Origin: an uncultured bacterium | Lineage (GTDB): Bacteria > Bacillota_I > Bacilli_A > RF39 > UBA660 | Assembly: GCA_949291455.1 (NCBI GenBank) | Contig: CASEVQ010000002.1 | Location: 5,763 to 69,762, forward strand | DNA: 64,000 nucleotides | Reading direction: 5' to 3' | In this document: one piece after another, positions 56,921 to 64,000 of the stretch | Numbering within the stretch: position 1 is the stretch's first letter | Layout: the number at the start of each line of letters is the position of its first letter | Program-made: the position numbers and the translations under genes | Notes under the pieces: model-generated | Databases searched by the model: none | Told to the model about the DNA's origin: nothing | The model's input: the letters and a program-made list of their open reading frames with translations, nothing else

Positions 56921-57835
56921 ATGAATCGTTTTAGAGAAGTAAAAATAGCAAGTATCGTTGGAATAATAGGAAATTTATTTTTACTTATAATTAAATCAAT
57001 TATTGGTATTATATCTAATAGTCAAGCAATGATAGCAGATGCTTTTAATAGTGCAGGAGATATATTTTCATCATTTATGACTTTTATTGGAAATAAAATA
57101 GCTAGTACACCATCTGATGATGATCATAATTTAGGTCATGGTAAAGCAGAATATATATATTCTTTATTAATTAGCATTGTAATGATTTTAATGACAATTA
57201 CAATCTTTAAAAATTCTTTTTCATCAATATTAAATGGTAGTAAGTATACATTTTCAATTTGGTTAATTATTGTTTGTTTAACAACAATGATTGTTAAAGC
57301 TTCTCTTTATTTATATACTAATTCAATATCTAAAAAGTATAATAATTTATTAATAAAAGCTAACTCAAAAGATCATCGAAATGACTTCTTTATTACTACT
57401 TTAAATTTAATTTCAGTTATTTTTGCTGAAAATAACTTTTATTTGCTGGATGGAATAGTAGGAATTGGTATAGCCATTTGGATATTTATAACAGCTGTTA
57501 ATATCTTTAAAGAAAGTTACGATGTATTGATGGACAAATCAATTGATAGTGTTACAAAACAAAAAGTATTTGAAATAATAAAAAGACATAAAGAAGTGAA
57601 GAAAATTATTCATTTTAATTCCACACCAGTTGGGTATCGCTATCAAATATCTTTTACTATTTATGTTAACGGTAATCTATCAACTTTTAAAAGTCATGAT
57701 ATTGCTAATAAATTGGAAAAAGAAATAATAAGAGAACTGGACGAAATATATTTAGCAGTAATTCATGTAAATCCAATGAAGATAACTGTAAAAAAATGTA
57801 ATAATAAAAGAAAAAAGTTGATTGATTCAAAATAA
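56921..57835 (+). CDS. cation diffusion facilitator family transporter (second paralog)
   Basis: It has a TM core with DAFNSAGD and HNLGHGKAE motifs and a C-terminal cytoplasmic domain. Confidence 0.8.
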   Translation: MNRFREVKIASIVGIIGNLFLLIIKSIIGIISNSQAMIADAFNSAGDIFSSFMTFIGNKIASTPSDDDHNLGHGKAEYIYSLLISIVMILMTITIFKNSFSSILNGSKYTFSIWLIIVCLTTMIVKASLYLYTNSISKKYNNLLIKANSKDHRNDFFITTLNLISVIFAENNFYLLDGIVGIGIAIWIFITAVNIFKESYDVLMDKSIDSVTKQKVFEIIKRHKEVKKIIHFNSTPVGYRYQISFTIYVNGNLSTFKSHDIANKLEKEIIRELDEIYLAVIHVNPMKITVKKCNNKRKKLIDSK

Positions 57836-57862
57836 CTATATAAAATAAAAATAGGAGGAGAT

Positions 57863-58651
57863 ATGAAAAAATTAGATAATAAAGTAGCAATAATAACTGG
57901 TGGTGCAATGGGAAATGGTCTAGGAATAGCAAAAGTATTTTTAAATTATGGAGCAAAAGTAATTATTCTAGATTATGATAGTTCATTAGAAAGTACAGTA
58001 CAAACATTAAAAAATGATAATAACATAGTTGAAGGATATTCTGTCGACATTCGTGATAATAATAAAGTTAGTGAAATTATCGATGAGATAGGGAAAAAAT
58101 ATAATGGAATAGACATTTTAGTAAATAATGCAGGAGTATGTCGATTAGAAAAATTTGAAAAAATGAATGATGAATTGCGTGATTTACATTTTGATATTAA
58201 CATAAAAGGAACATGGAATGTTACAAAATCTGCCATTAAATATATGAAAAAAAGAAATGCCTCAATTATTAATTTATCTAGTGTAACTGGACCAATGGTT
58301 GCTGATAGTGGAGAAGTAGCTTATGCAACTACAAAATCAGCAATTTTAGGATTTACTAAAGCTCTAGCAAGAGAAGTAATAGACGATGACATTAGGGTTA
58401 ATGCTATTATGCCTGGATATATAAGAACACCAATGGTTGATAAAATGGCTATCGAAAGCAGTCCTAGTGATCCTGAAAGCGTCATAGATGGAATAGCATC
58501 AGCAATTCCTATGAAAAGATTAGGTACAATTGAAGAGTTAGGAGAATTAGCAGCTTTTCTAGCTTCTAATGAATCATCATATATAACAGCGCAGGGAATT
58601 GTAATAGATGGTGCAAGTACATTACCAGAAACTTTAACAATGGGAGTATAA
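57863..58651 (+). CDS. SDR-family oxidoreductase (FabG-like)
   Basis: It has the TGGAMGNGLGIA Rossmann motif, NNAG, and the catalytic YATTKSAILG (YxxxK). Confidence 0.85.
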   Translation: MKKLDNKVAIITGGAMGNGLGIAKVFLNYGAKVIILDYDSSLESTVQTLKNDNNIVEGYSVDIRDNNKVSEIIDEIGKKYNGIDILVNNAGVCRLEKFEKMNDELRDLHFDINIKGTWNVTKSAIKYMKKRNASIINLSSVTGPMVADSGEVAYATTKSAILGFTKALAREVIDDDIRVNAIMPGYIRTPMVDKMAIESSPSDPESVIDGIASAIPMKRLGTIEELGELAAFLASNESSYITAQGIVIDGASTLPETLTMGV

Positions 58652-58722
58652 AAGTATACTTCTATTTTTTATTGACAATTTTTAATTTTTATATAGAATA
58701 ATACATACATTGAGGTATTCTT

Positions 58723-59907
58723 ATGGGAAAAAAATATAATAGCAAAACCATTTTCGACTATACTGTTGGTAATGATTTAGATGGACATAGTATAGATGAA
58801 CTAGAAAATAATCCAAATTTTATGATGGATGTTATAAAAATAACACACGATAAAAAAATGTACAATTTGTGTTCAGACGATGTAAAGAAAAACTGCGATT
58901 TTGTTGAATTTTTAATTGAATTTTTTAAAGATGATTTAGATTTTATTATAAATATTGCCGATAACTATATTCAAAATCCTGATGTTGATGTTATCGATAA
59001 AGAGGAAATAAAAATCTTTATTGGAAATTTTTATGATAATGATAAGTATTCTGCTTTAGAAAAATATAAGGTATCAAGTTATGGCTTTTATAACTCTGTC
59101 GTTACAGATTACACAGCTATTTTATATGAGATGCCAGATAGTGAAAGAGAAAGTTGTAGTCTATTTAGAATTATAGAGTTAACTTTTTTTGATAGAAAAG
59201 TGATTAAAGATTATTTTGCCAAAAATATGGTTTATGAATATTTATGCGAAAATTTAGAATGTAGTTTTGCAGATTTAATACATTATTATTTTAATGATAT
59301 AAGCACTTTAGAATCGTATGGCGAAACAAATTTTTTATTATTTTATTTGTCTAGTAATGATAGATTTTTAAGAGATTATCTATCTGTTCATCCTAATTTA
59401 TTAGAGAGCTATTGCAAAGATATCGAAAAGGTAAAAAAAGATTGGAATAATTATAATAATCGTTTAAATTTTGACAGAGTTCAACAAGTTATTGATTATA
59501 TATTTGAATGTTTAAGTAGTGAATATTTTCCTTTCAATACTAATCTTTTTGAAATTCTAATAGATGCAATAAATCCTTTAGGATTAAAAGATATTTTCGA
59601 TAAAAATATTTCTTTAGAAGATAAACAAATAATGGAAGATGACAACGAGGATTTATTTTTAGGATGTTCTGATGAAAACTTTGAATGTAATGATTATCTA
59701 GATGAAGAAGAAAAGAAATCTTTTGAATATTTATCTTTTATTATTAAAATAAGAAACTTTGCAAAAAAAACATTTTCAAAACGTCAATTAGTTAATTCAA
59801 ATAATGAGGAAGAACCTAATATTCCTGATAAAGTTGATAAAGGCAGAAGAAAAGTAATTCAGTATGATTTTACAAATAGATGTCCAATTAATAATAATGA
59901 TGATTAA
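58723..59907 (+). CDS. hypothetical acidic protein
   Basis: The 394-aa ORF has no motifs. Confidence 0.4.
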   Translation: MGKKYNSKTIFDYTVGNDLDGHSIDELENNPNFMMDVIKITHDKKMYNLCSDDVKKNCDFVEFLIEFFKDDLDFIINIADNYIQNPDVDVIDKEEIKIFIGNFYDNDKYSALEKYKVSSYGFYNSVVTDYTAILYEMPDSERESCSLFRIIELTFFDRKVIKDYFAKNMVYEYLCENLECSFADLIHYYFNDISTLESYGETNFLLFYLSSNDRFLRDYLSVHPNLLESYCKDIEKVKKDWNNYNNRLNFDRVQQVIDYIFECLSSEYFPFNTNLFEILIDAINPLGLKDIFDKNISLEDKQIMEDDNEDLFLGCSDENFECNDYLDEEEKKSFEYLSFIIKIRNFAKKTFSKRQLVNSNNEEEPNIPDKVDKGRRKVIQYDFTNRCPINNNDD

Positions 59908-60111
59908 CAAAATATGCTTGTAAAAATATTTTATCAGTTTAATATTGATTAATCTTTTATTTAGAAACTTACAATTTAATATTTATAATTTTATTTGCAT
60001 TTAAGTAAAAACAGCTTAATAAAAGAAAAATAAACTCGTATGTGTTTTAGGCAATTAAAATATCTCTATTTTCAAAGCTTTCATATTATAGACTAGATAG
60101 GAGGAATATAG

Positions 60112-60447
60112 ATGTTTAATACTTTGGGGTGCCAAAGACAAAATACTTTCAATCAAAATTTTTCTGGTGATAATGAAATTAACATGGATATTGATGTAAA
60201 TATGAGCAATAACCAACAAATGGGCATGCAATCAATGATGGGAGGAACACAACAGCCTATTATTGAACCCATGCAAGAAAGAGTTATCAACAGAACAATC
60301 ATGCATGAAGTACCACATGTTTGCCCAATAAGAACTAAAATAATTAACAATCATGTATTTAGACATACATATAGACCAAGTTATTCATGTTGTGAAGAAA
60401 ATACATGTACTAATGTACAATGTGGTTCATGTTGTCAATTTAGATAA
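60112..60447 (+). CDS. CotD-like spore coat protein
   Basis: The His/Cys/Pro-rich pattern IMHEVPHVCPIRTKIINNHVFRHTYRP...CC...C resembles the spore coat protein D family. Confidence 0.45.
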   Translation: MFNTLGCQRQNTFNQNFSGDNEINMDIDVNMSNNQQMGMQSMMGGTQQPIIEPMQERVINRTIMHEVPHVCPIRTKIINNHVFRHTYRPSYSCCEENTCTNVQCGSCCQFR

Positions 60448-60536
60448 GTCTCGAAAGAGACTTTTTTAATTTGATTAATAAAATGTTACAATATAATCAA
60501 TATATGATAAAATAATCTAAGAAGTTGGTGATATAA

Positions 60537-61685
60537 ATGAGTAATAAAAGAAAATTAAAAGTAAAATATAGTAATGTTTTCTTTATAATAATTTTAATAA
60601 TATTTATATTTTTTTTAAGTTCAGCAAAAATATTATTAGAAAAAGAAATTCCTAAAATAGAGATAGAAGAACCTAAAATTACAGAAACAAGTCTATCATT
60701 AATAATGGTTGGTGATTGTTTAATTCATGGTGCTATTTATGATGATGCTAAAACAACAAATGGAAGCTATGACTTTTCAAAAATGTTAGAGTTAGTTAAA
60801 CCAATTATTCGAAGTTATGATTTAGCATTCTATAATCAAGAATCAATCCTTGGAGGTGTAGAATTAGGACTTTCAAGTTATCCAAGATTTAATGCTCCTA
60901 AAGAAGTAGGAGATGCTTTTTTAGATTTAGGTTTTAACTTAGTTTCACTTGCTAATAATCATACATTGGACAAAGGGAAAAGTGGGATTTATTCATCGCT
61001 TAATTATTGGCAAGGAAAAGAAAATGTAATGACAGCTGGAACTTATTCTAGTGAAGAAAATAGAATAACTCCAAATATTATGGAAAAAAACGGAATAACG
61101 TATGCACTTTTAGCCTATACCACTACTACTAATGGCTTAACCCCCTTTAAAGATGAACCTTATTTAATAACAGTATATGATGAAGAATTAGTTAAAGCTG
61201 ATATAGAAAGATTAAGAGATAAAGTTGATTTATTAATGGTATCTATGCATTGGGGAGAAGAATATACTCACAATCCAACTGAAGAACAGAAGATAATTGC
61301 CGAGTATCTGGCAAGTTTAAATGTTGATATTATAATTGGACATCATCCACATGTAGTACAGCCTATTGATTTTATAGGTAATACTATGGTAATATATTCA
61401 CTTGGGAATTTTATTGCGTCTCAGTATGGTATTAATAAATTGACAGGATTAATGGCTGGAGTGACGGTAAAGAAAACAACTATTGATGATCAAACAACCC
61501 TAACATTAGAAGAACCAACAGCTCAATTAGTATATATTGATTCTAAAATAACTAATTATAGACATGACTATAAATTATATCCTTACAATTTATTAACAGA
61601 CGATATTTTAGAAAATTATAAAGACCATTATAATAAATATATGGGAATTGTTACAAGTTTAAATAATAGAGTAACTCCATTATAA
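60537..61685 (+). CDS. CapA/PgsA-family poly-gamma-glutamate synthesis (metallophosphatase-like) protein
   Basis: It has an N-terminal TM anchor, then MVGDCLIHG, LANNHTLDKG and GHHPHVVQP motifs. Confidence 0.8.
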   Translation: MSNKRKLKVKYSNVFFIIILIIFIFFLSSAKILLEKEIPKIEIEEPKITETSLSLIMVGDCLIHGAIYDDAKTTNGSYDFSKMLELVKPIIRSYDLAFYNQESILGGVELGLSSYPRFNAPKEVGDAFLDLGFNLVSLANNHTLDKGKSGIYSSLNYWQGKENVMTAGTYSSEENRITPNIMEKNGITYALLAYTTTTNGLTPFKDEPYLITVYDEELVKADIERLRDKVDLLMVSMHWGEEYTHNPTEEQKIIAEYLASLNVDIIIGHHPHVVQPIDFIGNTMVIYSLGNFIASQYGINKLTGLMAGVTVKKTTIDDQTTLTLEEPTAQLVYIDSKITNYRHDYKLYPYNLLTDDILENYKDHYNKYMGIVTSLNNRVTPL

Positions 61686-61737
61686 TTATATTGAAAAAAA
61701 AATTAATAAATGATATATTACTAAAGTAGGTGATTGA

Positions 61738-62349
61738 ATGAAAAGGGAATATGCAAAGTTATTTAGCTTTTTAATTGGCATTACATTTATTTTAAGTGGA
61801 ATAATATTTACTTTAACTAGAGTTTATAAAGATAATAAATTTCAAAATGCTCAAGAAGAAAGTATTATTGCTGATGAAATAAAGGATATTTATGAAGCAT
61901 TTAAAATAAAGGTTGAAGAATTTAGTACTAAAAGAGATTTGATTAATAGTGATATTTCAGAATATGTATCTTATTATACTGGGATAGAAGAAAATCATGA
62001 TGATATGATTGAAGAATTAAAAAAATATGAAAACTTAGTTGCTGAAGTAGAAGATTCAGCAGTATATTTAAAAAGCCATTGTTTAAATGAAAATTATAGT
62101 GATCAAGATGCTAACAACAAATGTAATGCTTATATTATTAATTATGAGAAAACTGTAAATAGTTTTGTTAGTGATATAGAATTCTTTAATAGTAAAATAG
62201 ATGAATATAACAACTGGATTATTGACGAAAATGAAGAATTAGATGATGAAGAAAAATATAAAGAAGTAGATAGATACAAAGCATCAAAATATAAAGAGTA
62301 TATAGACATAAATAATGATGGTTTCTATCTAGGAAGAAATAGTGATTAG
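61738..62349 (+). CDS. membrane-anchored hypothetical protein
   Basis: It has a single N-terminal TM helix. Confidence 0.4.
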   Translation: MKREYAKLFSFLIGITFILSGIIFTLTRVYKDNKFQNAQEESIIADEIKDIYEAFKIKVEEFSTKRDLINSDISEYVSYYTGIEENHDDMIEELKKYENLVAEVEDSAVYLKSHCLNENYSDQDANNKCNAYIINYEKTVNSFVSDIEFFNSKIDEYNNWIIDENEELDDEEKYKEVDRYKASKYKEYIDINNDGFYLGRNSD

Positions 62350-62363
62350 GAGGTTTGGAAGTA

Positions 62364-63632
62364 GTGAATAAAAATGAATTACCCAAAAGAAAACTTGGTA
62401 GATTATTTATTATAATTGGAATAATTCTATTCCCATTACTATCAAGTTTATATATTGTATCAGTTAATAGTAATAGATTAATTAATGATACACTATCATT
62501 AATTATATTAATACTTGCATGTTATTCCTTTGTAATGTTAGTAACAGGTGTTTTTTTCTATAAAACTGGAACGGATAAAATAAATAAAAGACTGAAAAAA
62601 AGTCTTAGAATAACTCTTTCTATTTTTGCATTCTTTTATATTGTAGGTGGATATTCAATAGTAACTATTTTATATTTTCCTGGAAGTAAATTTAAAGATT
62701 GGCTTATTACGACAGCAATGACAACAATGAATCATCAATATTTTGCAACTTGGTTTTATGATGATTACGATGTAAATAAAGTTTTGGCTAATAATGTTGT
62801 AATAGAAACAGGTGAAGAGACTAATCCTGATTTAATTAATTTTACAGAGCCAAACTTTAATCAAGTAACTTATAAGACAGAATATGAAAGAGATATATTC
62901 ACTAAAGATGAAGGAAATGATCTATACAAAATAATTGATATATCACGCGATGGATTTAAAGGAAAATTAGCAATAATTTATGATCCTTCAAAAGTTAAAC
63001 TAGGAGTATCTAAAGGTATAGGGGATGAATTACAAAGTTCATATGGTCAATTCATAACGGAGATTTCTAGTAGATATAATGCTGTTATTGCGATAAATGC
63101 AGGAGGATTTTATGACCCAGATTGGAACTCTACTGGTGGAGTTCCACATGGTGTTGTTATTTCTAATGGTAAATTAATTGCAAATAATTCTAGAGCCAAT
63201 AATAGCGGTGGAATAATTGGATTTAATAAAGATAATAAATTAATACTATCTAGAATGACAGCTAGTCAAGCACTTGCGGCAGGAATAAGAGATGCTGTTG
63301 ATTTTGGACCATTTTTAATAGTTAATGGGAATCCGTCATTTGTTAAAGGTAATGGTGGATGGGGAGACGCACCAAGAACAGCAATTGGACAACGTGCTGA
63401 TGGAATTGTTTTATTGTTAGTAATTGACGGAAGACAAGCAGGAAGTATTGGTGCAGATATGAATGATTTAACACAAATCATGCTAGATTATGGTGCTATT
63501 AATGCTGCAAATTTAGATGGTGGAACATCCACTGCAATGTCACTAAATGGACAAATAATTTCAAATCCTAGAAATGGTAATTTTCAAGCTAAAACTAGAC
63601 CAGTACCAAATGCTTGGATTGTTGTAGAATAA
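62364..63632 (+). CDS. phosphodiester glycosidase-family protein (DUF2233-like)
   Basis: C-terminal motifs are AINAGGFYD, PRTAIGQRADGIVLLLVIDGRQ and ANLDGGTSTAM. The start is uncertain (GTG at 62364 after aggagg, or ATG at 62374). Confidence 0.65.
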   Translation: MNKNELPKRKLGRLFIIIGIILFPLLSSLYIVSVNSNRLINDTLSLIILILACYSFVMLVTGVFFYKTGTDKINKRLKKSLRITLSIFAFFYIVGGYSIVTILYFPGSKFKDWLITTAMTTMNHQYFATWFYDDYDVNKVLANNVVIETGEETNPDLINFTEPNFNQVTYKTEYERDIFTKDEGNDLYKIIDISRDGFKGKLAIIYDPSKVKLGVSKGIGDELQSSYGQFITEISSRYNAVIAINAGGFYDPDWNSTGGVPHGVVISNGKLIANNSRANNSGGIIGFNKDNKLILSRMTASQALAAGIRDAVDFGPFLIVNGNPSFVKGNGGWGDAPRTAIGQRADGIVLLLVIDGRQAGSIGADMNDLTQIMLDYGAINAANLDGGTSTAMSLNGQIISNPRNGNFQAKTRPVPNAWIVVE

Positions 63633-63755
63633 ATAAAAATAATGCAAATGGTATTTATTTTTTGTAAAACATTAACTGATATTTTGTCAATTTTTGTCTA
63701 AACTATTGAATTTATATATTTAATAATATATCCTTAAAATAGGGAAGGTGATAGA

Positions 63756-63953
63756 GTGATATATCCATCTATTGATAAACTTTTAAATATCGTAGATTCA
63801 AAATATCAATTAGTGTATATTTCAGCTAGAAGAAGTAAAGAAATAACAAGAACAGGGCACTTACAAATGCCAATAAATAAATATATATCAAAGAAAAATA
63901 TTGGAAGAGCACTAGAAGAACTAGCTGAAGGTTATATAAAAGTAAAAAAATAG
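63756..63953 (+). CDS. rpoZ: DNA-directed RNA polymerase subunit omega
   Basis: It has a GTG start. MIYPSIDKLLNIVDSKYQLVYISARRSKEI matches the RpoZ N-terminus (compare B. subtilis [30 protein letters not shown]). Confidence 0.7.
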   Translation: MIYPSIDKLLNIVDSKYQLVYISARRSKEITRTGHLQMPINKYISKKNIGRALEELAEGYIKVKK

Positions 63954-64000
63954 ACATTGTAAAAAAATGTCTTTTATTTTGTCAATATTTGAACAATAAT

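Noticed and set aside
18620-63481. Remaining antisense ORFs from the track (18620-18943, 24999-25211, 26148-26387, 29123-29338, 29942-30139, 37784-37993, 41161-41343, 42834-43046, 45676-45876, 46493-46681, 48158-48346, 53984-54169, 54609-54911, 55179-55382, 55783-56079, 57705-57956, 57973-58236, 60153-60350, 63266-63481)
   Set aside because: Each lies entirely within a stronger, motif-supported gene on the opposite strand or across an AT-rich spacer. None has an RBS or recognisable motif.
1-64000. Possibility that the genome uses genetic code 4 (TGA=Trp), prompted by the TGA at a conserved Trp in the DUF3173-like gene
   Set aside because: Trp is encoded by TGG throughout (for example GDGWAYD in PFOR). 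ORFs of 1000-1200 codons contain no TGA. Several genes end in TGA followed by an overlapping start. The standard code therefore applies and the DUF3173-like copy is a pseudogene.
1-64000. Search for tRNA, rRNA and CRISPR arrays, especially a tRNA at the IME attachment site
   Set aside because: There is no cloverleaf-compatible sequence with a GTTCGAATC-type T-loop. There is no rRNA-like GC-rich block. There are no regularly spaced direct repeats. The only repeat families are the 27-bp att repeats, the ~96-bp pair and the CCCCTGAAGG motif.

Overview
The window is AT-rich (roughly 25-30% GC), Firmicutes-like DNA that uses the standard genetic code: TGG encodes Trp and ORFs of more than 1000 codons are uninterrupted. 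Housekeeping genes sit at both edges. The 3' part of pyruvate:ferredoxin oxidoreductase and recG lie on the left, and rpoZ with capsule/spore-related genes lies on the right. About 50 kb of accessory mosaic DNA lies between them. Its main components are listed below. (1) An ~8.5 kb integrative mobilizable element (tyrosine integrase, Mob/Pre relaxase, RecA-fold replication ATPase, DUF3173 protein, several XRE/AbrB regulators and lipoprotein cargo) bounded by perfect 27-bp direct repeats. (2) A 10.7 kb segment bounded by ~96-bp direct repeats that carries an IS21-family element with a frameshifted istA and what I consider the most interesting feature in the window. That feature is a tightly packed operon whose first gene is an unannotated 44-codon peptide. 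It is followed by a radical SAM/SPASM enzyme, a small P-loop-like protein, a HelD-family helicase, a stand-alone C39 peptidase-domain protein and a HAD-like hydrolase, a RiPP-like biosynthetic cluster of unrecognised type. (3) An adenylate-forming enzyme, a hybrid sensor kinase, a small secreted protein and an ABC transporter. (4) A Type I R-M locus with a fused HsdM-HsdS subunit, HsdR and a DUF45 metallopeptidase, then a 1211-aa orphan protein with a C-terminal PD-(D/E)xK-like motif. (5) A five-gene operon of divergent replication-like and nuclease-like proteins (degenerate PHP domain, two DnaB-C-like pseudo-ATPases, an MBL-fold hydrolase, a PD-(D/E)xK-like protein, a KOW-domain protein). (6) A GmrSD-like type IV restriction gene wedged between two cation-diffusion-facilitator genes. 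A recurrent GC-rich motif (CCCCTGAAGG plus hairpin plus T-run) marks several island junctions. No rRNA, tRNA or CRISPR array was found. All calls rest on motif-level reading of the translations; no database search was possible.
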